Origin: an uncultured Thermoplasmatales archaeon
GTDB lineage: Archaea > Thermoplasmatota > E2 > DHVEG-1
Assembly (NCBI GenBank): GCA_964627915.1
Contig: CAZVKY010000002.1
Span: 1,727-65,726 of the forward strand
Direction: 5' to 3'
Length of the DNA: 64,000 nucleotides
Shown: positions 9,065 through 18,276 of the stretch, piece after piece
Numbering within the stretch: the first letter of the stretch is position 1
How the letters are laid out: the number at the start of each line of letters is the position of its first letter
Program-made: the position numbers and the translations under genes
The notes under the pieces: model-generated
Database searches by the model: none
The model's input: the letters and a program-made list of their open reading frames with translations, nothing else
What the model was told of the DNA's origin: nothing

Positions 9065-10093
9065 TTAGGTTTGAATGGGGTTTCCAATTTGTTTTTTTGG
9101 GTAACCAGTTGGAATTGGTTGTGTCCAAATACACTCATTATCAAGCATAGTTTTTGATGAAAGCGTTTCATTATCTCCTAACACGGTCCGTTGAAGATTG
9201 CAATCAGGTTGAACCACACCGTTTTCTCCAATGACGCATTGATAAAGTTGGCAATTATTCTTAATGACTGCATTATCAAGGACAATGCACTCTGTTAGCT
9301 TAGAATTTCTGCCAATGGTTACATCGTCGCCGAGAACTGATTTTGAAATTTCTCCCTTGTTTTCGCAGTTTGTTCCACAAAGCTTGTTTTTTCCAGTTTT
9401 CTGTAATAGGAATTGATGCACATCAAGATAACTTTTAATTCGACCGATATCCATCCAGTAGCCATCAAATTGATAACCATAGAAACGATGTGTATCATCT
9501 ATGAGTTGAGGGAATATTTCTTTTTCCATAGAGATTAATCGCCCAGTTTCAATGTAATCGAGCACATCTTGATTCAGTAAATACGCACCAGCATTAATTA
9601 GATTTGAAGGAGCATCCTCTGGTTTTGGTTTTTCAACAAAACCAACAATGTTTCCATCTTTTTTAACATCGACCACACCAAATTCGGCGACGTTTTCAAC
9701 AGGCCAGAGTGATATAGTGGCCATTGCTTCATTTTTCTTATGAAAATGCATCATTTCTGATAGATTCAAAGAACAGATTATATCACTATTGAGCACAAAA
9801 AACTGATCAGTGATATGTTCCTCAGCAAATTTGACTGCGCCACCGGTGCCTAATGGTTCTGGTTCATCATTAACAATGACTTGTTTTCCACAATCATAGT
9901 CATCAAAAAATTGTTCGATTTGTTTTTTCCGGTAGTTTACTGCTAAGATAACGGTATCGACTTCAGGTGGTAATGAATCGATAATATATGAAATCATTGG
10001 TTTGTTCATGATCGGGAGTAATGATTTTGCTCTGGTATAGGTTAAGGGCCGTAGCCGAGTGCCAAACCCACCAGCAAGAATAATTGCTTCCAT
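9065..10093 (-). CDS. sugar-1-phosphate nucleotidyltransferase, eukaryote-type GDP-mannose pyrophosphorylase-like with C-terminal left-handed beta-helix
   Basis: N-terminus MEAIILAGGFGTRLRPLT...LAVNYR...FFVLNSDII closely follows GMPP/NTP-transferase signatures. C-terminal hexapeptide-repeat region (VIGENGVV, VLGDNETL). Adjacent to the phosphomannomutase-type genes. Confidence 0.75.
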   Translation of the reverse strand: MEAIILAGGFGTRLRPLTYTRAKSLLPIMNKPMISYIIDSLPPEVDTVILAVNYRKKQIEQFFDDYDCGKQVIVNDEPEPLGTGGAVKFAEEHITDQFFVLNSDIICSLNLSEMMHFHKKNEAMATISLWPVENVAEFGVVDVKKDGNIVGFVEKPKPEDAPSNLINAGAYLLNQDVLDYIETGRLISMEKEIFPQLIDDTHRFYGYQFDGYWMDIGRIKSYLDVHQFLLQKTGKNKLCGTNCENKGEISKSVLGDDVTIGRNSKLTECIVLDNAVIKNNCQLYQCVIGENGVVQPDCNLQRTVLGDNETLSSKTMLDNECIWTQPIPTGYPKKQIGNPIQT

Positions 10094-10209
10094 CTTGATA
10101 TCACATCCAGTTTTTTAGAGTGAATAGATGATAGCCCAATAAATGTTTTCCCAGATGAAAACAGGACCCTGTGAGAAAGGTTTATTAACAAAGAACATTC
10201 TTCCTATTA

Positions 10210-10410
10210 TTGACCGATATGAGAGATGAAAACAAAGTGATTGAGGAACAGGGAAGCATCATGTTTAAAGATGATGCAGGGCTTTTAGAAACTGATGAAG
10301 AAATCGCTGTTCACATCATGCATCGATTCAATATTGATCGGGATACATTAGAATGTATGCCCGCGTTCAAAGAACCACTTCACCCATTATTATGGTCTGA
10401 AAAAGAATAA
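10210..10410 (+). CDS. small acidic hypothetical protein (66 aa)
   Basis: ORF in an otherwise empty divergent intergenic region (MTDMRDENKVIEEQGSIMFKDDAGLLETDEEIAVHIMHRF...). No family recognised. Confidence 0.3.
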   Translation: MTDMRDENKVIEEQGSIMFKDDAGLLETDEEIAVHIMHRFNIDRDTLECMPAFKEPLHPLLWSEKE

Positions 10411-10495
10411 TACATCACCATCTCTGTATACCTATTTCAACTTTTTTACGAAATACATATAAAAACATGTTCTATCAACAACCTTGAGGTGCTTT

Positions 10496-11710
10496 ATGGG
10501 TAATATCAAAAGATTGTATTCAGATAGAGCTGGTAAGATGCGAAAATCAGTGATTCGAGAGTTATTAAAAGTAGCTCAGGATCCTGAGATTATTTCGTTT
10601 GCAGGTGGTCTTCCAAATCCAAAATCTTTTCCCATAGATGATTTAAATAACATCGTTAATTCTGTGATGAAACATCATGGGAAAGAGGCACTTCAATATG
10701 GGACAACTAAAGGATTGACCCCGTTAAGGGAAGGTCTTGCTGAACGTGCTCATAAAGATGGAATAGATGATGTTACCGCAGATAATATCATAATCACCAA
10801 TGGATCTCAGCAGGCTCTTGATGCAGTCGGAAAAATTTTTTTAAACCCAGGTGACACCGCACTTGTCGGTCTTCCTACCTATCTTGGTGGTATCAATGCA
10901 TTTAGGAGTTATGAGAGTAATTTAACAGGTATCCCTCTTGATGAGAATGGCATGCGTGTTGATGTTTTAGAGGATACCATCAAAGAAATGTTAGCCGAGG
11001 ATATCATTCCAAAATTCATCTATGTTGTTCCAACGTTTCAGAACCCTGCCGGCGTTGTAATGCCTGAGAAACGACGGAAGGAATTAATTGATCTTGCTAA
11101 TAATTATGATTTAGTTATTGTTGAAGATGATCCCTATGGAAAATTAGGTTATGATATTGATCATATCAAACCCATAAAAGCTTTTGATGATGAAGGAAGG
11201 GTTATTTATATGTCAACGTTTTCAAAAATATTGTCTCCTGGTTTCCGGCTTGCTTGGACCGTTGCATCAGAGGAATTAACCCGGAAAATGGTGATTTGTA
11301 AACAAGCCCTTGACTTATGTACCAATACTTTTACTCAGTATATTGCTAATGAATTTATGCGACAAGGAAGTCTTGATTTACATATTATGAAAATTTGTGA
11401 GATGTATAAACCAAAAAGGGATATCATGATGGATGCTATGCAGAAATATTTTCCAGATGGTTATGTTTGTAATAAACCAAAAGGTGGTATGTTTGCGTGG
11501 GTTACGCTTCCTGAGGGTATTGATTCTGAAACCATGTTTCTTGATGCTATTAAACATAAAGTGGCCTATGTTCATGGCAAAGCGTTTCATGTGGATGGTG
11601 GCGGTTCGCAATCATTGCGGTTGAATTTTTCCTATTCCACTAATGAACAAATTGATGAAGGTATGAAACGGTTGGGATTAGTTATCCAAGAGAAAATTAA
11701 AAAACTCTAA
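10496..11710 (+). CDS. PLP-dependent class I aminotransferase (aromatic/2-aminoadipate aminotransferase-like)
   Basis: SFAGGLPNPKSFP motif, YVVPTFQNPAGVVM, PLP-lysine in STFSKILSPGFRLAW. ATG 10496 is preceded by GAGGTG. Track start 10484 is TTG. Confidence 0.85.
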   Translation: MGNIKRLYSDRAGKMRKSVIRELLKVAQDPEIISFAGGLPNPKSFPIDDLNNIVNSVMKHHGKEALQYGTTKGLTPLREGLAERAHKDGIDDVTADNIIITNGSQQALDAVGKIFLNPGDTALVGLPTYLGGINAFRSYESNLTGIPLDENGMRVDVLEDTIKEMLAEDIIPKFIYVVPTFQNPAGVVMPEKRRKELIDLANNYDLVIVEDDPYGKLGYDIDHIKPIKAFDDEGRVIYMSTFSKILSPGFRLAWTVASEELTRKMVICKQALDLCTNTFTQYIANEFMRQGSLDLHIMKICEMYKPKRDIMMDAMQKYFPDGYVCNKPKGGMFAWVTLPEGIDSETMFLDAIKHKVAYVHGKAFHVDGGGSQSLRLNFSYSTNEQIDEGMKRLGLVIQEKIKKL

Positions 11711-11838
11711 CATCTATCAATGGTAATTCCACCCATTTTTTGATTCTTTATTTATCCTGCTAAATATTTATAATAACCAAAAGGAAATAAAAAAATATAT
11801 AAAATCTTAGCGGAATAATAATCTGATAAAAAGAGGGA

Positions 11839-12363
11839 TTATATCATTTTTTTGAGTTCATCCATGTTTGGATTGATGATACCACATTTTTTTACTGGAA
11901 AAATATCTTCGAGGATTTGAACTTCACTAATCCACAAATGATATTCCTTGGTCAGCAGATGACTGAATTGTTTCACGCTTTTCATATCTTCTGCGCTTAC
12001 CACAAACATCCAATCATATTTTCCATGAAGATAGCTGCTACATTCAACATCCACACCGATTTTTAAGCCTTTGTTGTGCAGGGTGAGATCAATGATTTTA
12101 GGAATGGCATCATCGATTGGTTCAGTGGAGCGTTTAATCATGATGACAAAACGTTTTCTCTCTAATTTTTCATCATCTACAACGGTGTTATATCCCCATA
12201 TTTTCTCTTTTTTTTCAAGCCGTTTGATAATCCGCCAGACTTTTTGTCTTGAGAAATGATGTTTTTTGGCAATGTTTTCGATGCTTCCCCGTGCATTTTT
12301 CTTTAAGTCTTGGAGTACTTTTAATTCATCCTTTTTAATTTGCGCTGCGCTTCTTCGGGCCAT
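11839..12363 (-). CDS. Lrp/AsnC family transcriptional regulator
   Basis: N-terminal HTH (DELKVLQDLKKNARGSIENIAKKHHFSRQKVWRIIKRLEKKEKIWGYNTVVD) followed by a RAM/ACT-like C-terminal domain. ATG at 12363 (MARRSAAQ) is preceded by GGTGA. Track start 12381 is TTG. Confidence 0.8.
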   Translation of the reverse strand: MARRSAAQIKKDELKVLQDLKKNARGSIENIAKKHHFSRQKVWRIIKRLEKKEKIWGYNTVVDDEKLERKRFVIMIKRSTEPIDDAIPKIIDLTLHNKGLKIGVDVECSSYLHGKYDWMFVVSAEDMKSVKQFSHLLTKEYHLWISEVQILEDIFPVKKCGIINPNMDELKKMI

Positions 12364-12474
12364 TTGTTTTTCACCAATCAAACCCCTATATCAAATCATC
12401 CTTTAAAAAATTATATGCTTTACCAGAATTTATTAATACGAATAAACTGATATTTTAAAATTCATGATGTTTTT

Positions 12475-12582
12475 CTACAGTTTATCATAACACTCTCTGC
12501 AGATTAAACCATGCACTGGATGATCATAAAGATCACAGATTGAAACCTGTTTCCTACAGTTTCGACATCGTCTTTTTTCCAT
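12475..12582 (-). CDS. small zinc-ribbon protein (35 aa, CxxC...CxxC)
   Basis: Not in ORF track (short). Reverse strand reads ATG...TAG = MEKRRCRNCRKQVSICDLYDHPVHGLICRECYDKL. It has Cys pairs C6/C9 and C28/C31. GAGGAA lies about 12 nt upstream of the ATG. Sits in an otherwise unassigned 260-bp gap. Confidence 0.4.
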   Translation of the reverse strand: MEKRRCRNCRKQVSICDLYDHPVHGLICRECYDKL

Positions 12583-12643
12583 GAAATTTTATTCCTCATC
12601 ACAATCTTCCAACATAAAGATATTGAATTAAGCAGAATTCACT

Positions 12644-13141
12644 CTATTTCCTAATGCTTAAGGGTTGATAGTAACCGGCAAAATATAATGATGGTCCTCG
12701 CATACCAATGAAACGGAAATAAAAATGGGTTTCATTGTGAGTACCTATACCCACGATAGTCATGGCTTTTTCATTGGATAGATCAGCAGAAAGTCGACCG
12801 AGAAAGAAGGATCCAAACACCTTTCCAGCCAGGAATCCACTAGGCTCGGTTTGATTTCTTTCAACTAAAACACCAACGAACTTATCTGAAAACGACTCAG
12901 TACAATAACCAGCGGTGGAGTAAAGTGGCCTTAAAGGACCTCCATGCGAATTTGTCATTCCTACGATTCCTCTGAACATGTGTGTTGCCCACTCAGGCGG
13001 ATCATTAGAAAGAGGAGTACTTTGTTGTACATTACTTGTAATTGAAGATTGATGATGACTGATTTGCAAAGAAGAAACAGTAGTGGTCAAAGGAATACCG
13101 ATGATTAAAATCACAAAAACAACCGCTATTTTTTTTATCAT
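12644..13141 (-). CDS. secreted hypothetical protein
   Basis: N-terminal signal peptide (MIKKIAVVFVILIIGIPLTTTVSS) then a Gly/aromatic-rich soluble domain. No family recognised. Confidence 0.5.
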   Translation of the reverse strand: MIKKIAVVFVILIIGIPLTTTVSSLQISHHQSSITSNVQQSTPLSNDPPEWATHMFRGIVGMTNSHGGPLRPLYSTAGYCTESFSDKFVGVLVERNQTEPSGFLAGKVFGSFFLGRLSADLSNEKAMTIVGIGTHNETHFYFRFIGMRGPSLYFAGYYQPLSIRK

Positions 13142-13223
13142 GAATAGTCTACCCCTTTAGATCCATGCTGAAAAAGTGTTAAGCGTTTAAAAAGATATCT
13201 CTCTTAATGGCTGAGCCTTGCAC

Positions 13224-13565
13224 TCAGGATTCAGTGAGCTGCATAATTGCTTCTGCAATATCTCCTTTTGTTTTTTCTAATGCTTTTTTTGCTTCTTGGT
13301 CAGAGACACCGGTTTGATTCATAATTAATTCGATATCCTCCTGTGGAATCTCTTCCTTAACATCCATAATTTTTGGAGTACCAGCGATTTGATAGGTTTT
13401 TTCTCCCTGAGCATTCATGATGGTAACATCGGCTTTGTCAAAGACATATTGTTTCTTATCTGTTTCAATAATTACTTTTTTCACGTTCTTGATTTCTTTG
13501 ACATTAATGCCAAGTTTTCTCATCATTTGATTCATCTGTTTTGGGTTCATTCCTCTTGGAAGCAT
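13224..13565 (-). CDS. nac: nascent polypeptide-associated complex protein (NAC alpha)
   Basis: MLPRGMNPKQMNQMMRKLGINVKEI... then QGEKTYQIAGTPKI and C-terminal UBA-like VSDQEAKKALEKTKGDIAEAIMQL. ATG 13565 is preceded by GGAGGT at 8 nt. Track ORF extends further upstream to 13652. Confidence 0.85.
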   Translation of the reverse strand: MLPRGMNPKQMNQMMRKLGINVKEIKNVKKVIIETDKKQYVFDKADVTIMNAQGEKTYQIAGTPKIMDVKEEIPQEDIELIMNQTGVSDQEAKKALEKTKGDIAEAIMQLTES

Positions 13566-13638
13566 CTCTGGTAACCTCCGGTAGATATTTTGTGTTAACG
13601 AAGCATATATACAATATAAGATTGTTATAGGTTTTGGT

Positions 13639-15099
13639 ATGATTGCGGCCAAGGAAATAAAGGTACTGGATCGAAACGCGGAATTCTATGGAACTCCTCC
13701 AGAAAAACTTATGGAATCTGCTGGAAAAGGAGTCGCTGATTATGTTGATAAGAACATAAAACCTGATTCTATCCTCATTTTTTGTGGTCATGGTAATAAT
13801 GGCGGTGACGGATTTGTAACTGCACGGTACCTATCAAAAAACTATAAAGTTACGGTGTTTCTCGCCAGTTCTGAAGAAAATATTCGATCAGATATTGCTC
13901 AAAAAAATTATAACAAATTAAAGAAACTTCCGATAACACTTTATAATCATCACTCTTTGGATAAAATCCCTGAGCTAATCGATCAATCAAATCTAATCAT
14001 CGATGCTATGCTTGGAATTGGTTTATCCGGTGATCTTCGTCCACCGTTTAACACTATTGTGCAGTCAATAAATCGGACGAAGGATAAAACGATTATCTCT
14101 GTTGATGTTCCAACTGGATTAGGAATGAATGAATCGGTCAAACCAGCGGTGACGATAACCTTTCACGACCTAAAAGAGGGTATGGTAACAGAAAAAGCTG
14201 GGGATATAGTTATCGTTGATATTGGTATACCTAAAAAAGCACAACAGTATGTTGGCCCAGGGGATCTTATGATCCATTATCCAGTGCCCAAGAAACAATC
14301 TCATAAGGGCGAAAATGGTCGTTTATTAATTATTGGTGGTGGACCTTTTTCTGGTGCACCTGCATTATCTGCGTTAGCAGCCTTGCGAACAGGGGCTGAC
14401 CTGGTTTTTGTTGCTACTCCAAAGCAAACAGCTAAGGTTATTGGTTCTTATTCACCAAATATTATTCTAAAACCCTTAACGAGTGAACATATGATTACCA
14501 AGAATGACATTAACCCAATGAGAGAATTATTATCTGCTGTTGATGCCGTAGTTCTTGGGCCAGGTTTAGGGTCATCATATGATACTGCTGATGCAGTTCG
14601 GTCCTTTGTCCCATGTATTGTAAAACAAAATCTTCCACTTGTTATTGATGCTGATGCTCTGCGAGCAATTGGACAAAATCGGGATTGTATCCAAGAAACC
14701 AGAACGATTATTACTCCGCACGCTGGCGAATTCACTGATTTTACTGGAACGAAGCCACCAATTGAACTCAAACAAAGAGCTGATTTTGTCTCTCAGTGGG
14801 CGAAAAAACTCGGTATCTGCATATTCTTAAAAGGAGCTGTTGATATAATGAGTGATAGAGAAACAACAAAATTAAATGATGTTCATAATCCAGCAATGAC
14901 CGTTGGGGGAACCGGAGATGTTTTAGCCGGTATTATTGGTGCTCTTCTTTCAAAAAAAACTGATCCTATGAATGCGATGAGAATGGCAGCTTTCCTGAAT
15001 GGAGAAGCAGGTAATCATGTTTTTCAAAAGAAATCATATGGTCTTTTGGCAACAGATATCATTGAGCAAATACCATTGGTATTAAAAACATATTTATAA
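13639..15099 (+). CDS. nnr: bifunctional NAD(P)H-hydrate repair enzyme Nnr (epimerase + ADP-dependent dehydratase)
   Basis: N-terminal YjeF-N domain (ILIFCGHGNNGGDGFVTARYL). C-terminal carbohydrate-kinase-like domain (GENGRLLIIGGGPFSGAPALSALAALRTGADLVFVA, GGTGDVLAGIIGALL). Confidence 0.9.
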   Translation: MIAAKEIKVLDRNAEFYGTPPEKLMESAGKGVADYVDKNIKPDSILIFCGHGNNGGDGFVTARYLSKNYKVTVFLASSEENIRSDIAQKNYNKLKKLPITLYNHHSLDKIPELIDQSNLIIDAMLGIGLSGDLRPPFNTIVQSINRTKDKTIISVDVPTGLGMNESVKPAVTITFHDLKEGMVTEKAGDIVIVDIGIPKKAQQYVGPGDLMIHYPVPKKQSHKGENGRLLIIGGGPFSGAPALSALAALRTGADLVFVATPKQTAKVIGSYSPNIILKPLTSEHMITKNDINPMRELLSAVDAVVLGPGLGSSYDTADAVRSFVPCIVKQNLPLVIDADALRAIGQNRDCIQETRTIITPHAGEFTDFTGTKPPIELKQRADFVSQWAKKLGICIFLKGAVDIMSDRETTKLNDVHNPAMTVGGTGDVLAGIIGALLSKKTDPMNAMRMAAFLNGEAGNHVFQKKSYGLLATDIIEQIPLVLKTYL

Positions 15100-15118
15100 T
15101 TAAGAAATATCAACCTAA

Positions 15119-16795
15119 ATGATGAAAATAGCTAGTGTTTTAATCCTTGCGTTTTGTTTTTTTCTAATGATAATACCACAAGGTTCAGCTCAGATGTTTT
15201 CTTCTACTCTGCCCTTTGAGGCTACAGTTCCTGTTGACACAATAACCATTGGAATTGGTAAAACAGATGTCTCGGGTAGTTTTTATGGTATTAACATGTC
15301 TGAAATAATTTCTATTCCACCTTTGGATCAATACCAAACTAGTTTAGCTATAACTAATTTTACTGATACCATCGATCTTTCTTTTTTTGATTCACTATAT
15401 GGTTTTCCCTTTTTTGCTCCAATACTGTTTTCTTCAGTTTCTGAAGTATTGATTATAAATAACTCAATTTTTAATAATCCGCCCTCTAGTCCTATTGAAC
15501 TTCAGCAGTTTATTCAGGATGTTCAGATATATGAAAACGTTACGATATCGGTTGATCAAGGTTTAGCATTTTTTGCCACAAATGGACAGAGGGTTTCCAT
15601 ATCCTCTTCTGCTTCTTTTGCTTTCTCTGGTTTTGCTGAAATACCTTTAGCTTCAAAAAATAATGTAGATATATATTTTCTTCTCTCCAGGTCTCCTCGC
15701 CTGCTGCACTATTCAGAAAACACATCATTGCTGTATCCTTTTTCTCCATCAACATCTATAAATATTATCTCTTCAGAGGGATCAATGCTGTGGAATCAAT
15801 CAGGAACTGATTCTTTTCTTTTGATAAAACATGACAGCGTCACAATCACTGATGAAAGTCCACTTCATCTCTATCCTCTCAGCTCAAATAAAGCAAGGAA
15901 AAATTACTCACAACTTGAAATGGAAATAACTCCAGCTGAACAGCAAGATATCAATATCGATGATTTGTTATCATCATTATCTACAATTTCTGCTGCTGAA
16001 GAAAACATCTCTATACCATTTAATATTCTGAAAAACAAAATGCTGAAGGAATCAATTTTTAGTATTTCACCGGTGATAAATGGTGCTTTTTTACTTGTAG
16101 ATCGTAATGAAACCGTGGTAATCGATGAAAAAGGGCAATCCATTTCTTCATTTGTTTTTGTGCGAAGTAAGAAAGTTTCTATTAGCATAGATGATAATTT
16201 GTCTCTTGTTAAAAAAATTAGTTGCCAAGGCGATTTATTTTTTGTGAATGATTATTTTTTTGTTCAATCTGCAAAAGAAAGTGAAAATGGGTTATATTTA
16301 CCGTTTCTCCCAATTATTGTTTGGGTGGGTGCATTACTCTGTTTTCTTCTCCTTAAATATAATCTTATAAGAAAAAAAGAAAAGGAATATGAGAAAGAAA
16401 TTACTGATAAAAAAATTTCATTTGCACTCATTGGTATAAGATTACTTTCGATTGGGATTATCTTTTTCTTACTTGATTTTGAAGTAAAACAACTTCTGGG
16501 TACAAGTGTTTTTCATATGCTTTTCAATCATTTTTTCTGGCTAATTTTTTTACTACTCTTAGGCTTTCAAATAGTATTGTGGTTTATTGGTTACCTTTGT
16601 TGTGCTTTTCCTCTTCAATACCTGGTTATAACATGTTTCAATTATCTTCCAATGAATAAAACCTATAGAAAAACAATGGGAAAGAGTATTGGTTTGCTTG
16701 GAATATGGCTCTTCGCTAGTCTTTACATGCTTTTAGTGTTAAACATCCTATTGTTTTTTATTAAACCTTTATTACCCTCTCTACCAATGGTGTAA
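15119..16795 (+). CDS. Ser-rich exported protein with C-terminal multi-pass membrane region
   Basis: Signal peptide MMKIASVLILAFCFFLMIIPQGSAQ. Long Ser/Thr/Asn-rich extracellular part with many N-x-S/T sequons. Last ~170 aa contain four or more hydrophobic helices. Confidence 0.55.
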   Translation: MMKIASVLILAFCFFLMIIPQGSAQMFSSTLPFEATVPVDTITIGIGKTDVSGSFYGINMSEIISIPPLDQYQTSLAITNFTDTIDLSFFDSLYGFPFFAPILFSSVSEVLIINNSIFNNPPSSPIELQQFIQDVQIYENVTISVDQGLAFFATNGQRVSISSSASFAFSGFAEIPLASKNNVDIYFLLSRSPRLLHYSENTSLLYPFSPSTSINIISSEGSMLWNQSGTDSFLLIKHDSVTITDESPLHLYPLSSNKARKNYSQLEMEITPAEQQDINIDDLLSSLSTISAAEENISIPFNILKNKMLKESIFSISPVINGAFLLVDRNETVVIDEKGQSISSFVFVRSKKVSISIDDNLSLVKKISCQGDLFFVNDYFFVQSAKESENGLYLPFLPIIVWVGALLCFLLLKYNLIRKKEKEYEKEITDKKISFALIGIRLLSIGIIFFLLDFEVKQLLGTSVFHMLFNHFFWLIFLLLLGFQIVLWFIGYLCCAFPLQYLVITCFNYLPMNKTYRKTMGKSIGLLGIWLFASLYMLLVLNILLFFIKPLLPSLPMV

Positions 16796-16798
16796 AAC

Positions 16799-17539
16799 AT
16801 GTCTTTTTCTCTGTATCCTATACCTCATGCACCGGCGTTGTGGATTCAGGATCTTAAGATGCTGGTTCTTGCAGATCTTCACATCGGCATTGAAAATGAA
16901 TTAAAGAAACATGGGGTGCAGGTTCCTTCACAAACCATTCAGATGAAAAAAAAATTATATTATCTTTGTAGCCAGTATGAACCAGAAACTATAATCCTTC
17001 TTGGTGATATTAAACATTCAATTCCTGCAACACCATTTCAAGAGAAAAATGAACTCTATGATTTTTTAAAGGGACTTGCTAATTTTGCTTCTATCCACAT
17101 CATCCCTGGGAATCATGATGGGTCCATTAAACATTTTATCCCTGATGATATCATCCTTCATCCATCTGGTGGGTATCTGAGAGAAAACATTGGATTCATA
17201 CATGGACATCGATGGCCGAAGAAATCGCTGATGCACGCTGAGTTTTTGTTCTTTGGTCATAGTCATCCAACCATAATGCTCTCTGATAGATTGAAATATC
17301 AGAATTTTGAGCCATGCTGGGTGAAAACATCTTTGTTAAAAGAAACAATAAAAAAACGTTATGAGTGGTTTAATAAGGATCTCACGGTGTTAGTGTTTCC
17401 TGCCTTTAATCTTCTCTGTGGTGGAACAGCGGTGAATAAAGATGGTTTGGTAGGCCCCTTACAAAAAATTATTGATTTGCCGAATGCAGAAATATTTCTT
17501 CTTGATGGAACCAATCTCGGAAAAGTAAAACAGATATAG
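16799..17539 (+). CDS. metallophosphoesterase (calcineurin-like)
   Basis: Motifs LVLADLHIG, LLGDIKH, GNHDG, HGHRWP, GHSHP correspond to the five metal-binding blocks of the calcineurin-like phosphoesterase fold. Confidence 0.8.
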   Translation: MSFSLYPIPHAPALWIQDLKMLVLADLHIGIENELKKHGVQVPSQTIQMKKKLYYLCSQYEPETIILLGDIKHSIPATPFQEKNELYDFLKGLANFASIHIIPGNHDGSIKHFIPDDIILHPSGGYLRENIGFIHGHRWPKKSLMHAEFLFFGHSHPTIMLSDRLKYQNFEPCWVKTSLLKETIKKRYEWFNKDLTVLVFPAFNLLCGGTAVNKDGLVGPLQKIIDLPNAEIFLLDGTNLGKVKQI

Positions 17540-17612
17540 CTTTTGCATCATCTCTGTATCGTTCTTCAGTAATAATAAAGAACAGAATAACTAAAGCCAA
17601 GAATTGTTTTTT

Positions 17613-17837
17613 TTATCGAAGGGTAGTAAATTTAAGCAGAGCTTTTGTTCCTTTTAGTTTTTTTACAGTCCTATCTAGAAACTGTATCACTTCATTGAGG
17701 GTTACAGTATTTTTCCATTTATAGACGAATTCATGCTCACCTAGAGCGGGGTCAAATCCAAGTGATTTCATTATGTCAAAAATCTCTGAGACTTTTGCTC
17801 CTTCAACACTATGGTAGATTTCTACATACGTTTTCAT
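17613..17837 (-). CDS. small hypothetical protein (74 aa)
   Basis: ORF MKTYVEIYHSVEGAKVSEIFDIMKSLGFDP... in an intergenic region. Composition is protein-like. No family recognised. Confidence 0.4.
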   Translation of the reverse strand: MKTYVEIYHSVEGAKVSEIFDIMKSLGFDPALGEHEFVYKWKNTVTLNEVIQFLDRTVKKLKGTKALLKFTTLR

Positions 17838-18027
17838 ACTATCAATGTTGAATGTTTGAAATGATGTTATAAAAAAAGTTGGTGTAAAAATAACGAAAGG
17901 TTTTTTTGATATATCCGGGGTAACGATGTAATAGCCATAATTTTTAGTATTTCAAACAAAGAATTAAGCTTAAATAAGTAATCATTTATTAGGTAACGAA
18001 CTAGAGCAGCACAAAAGGTGATTTACA

Positions 18028-18204
18028 ATGGAGTTAAATCTTTCAAAAGATCTACAAAAAATAATAATGATGTTATTGTTTATTATAATCCCATTATTAT
18101 TGATTTTAGCTGGTGCTATAACCAATTTTACCAATGCATTGTATTACATTCTTTCAATCTTTTGGTTTGGAATGGGCGTTGTGTTCTATGGAGTCATCAA
18201 TTGA
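18028..18204 (+). CDS. possible small membrane protein (58 aa)
   Basis: ATG 18028 is preceded by AGGTGA. It encodes MELNLSKDLQKIIMMLLFIIIPLLLILAGAITNFTNALYYILSIFWFGMGVVFYGVIN (two hydrophobic helices). The overlapping track ORF 18018..18263 is in another frame and looks non-coding. Confidence 0.3.
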   Translation: MELNLSKDLQKIIMMLLFIIIPLLLILAGAITNFTNALYYILSIFWFGMGVVFYGVIN

Positions 18205-18276
18205 TTTTTTTAGAGAAACCAGGTATTTTGTCAACAAAGTTTATTAAAAACCTTTTTTCATAATATTCATACCGTT

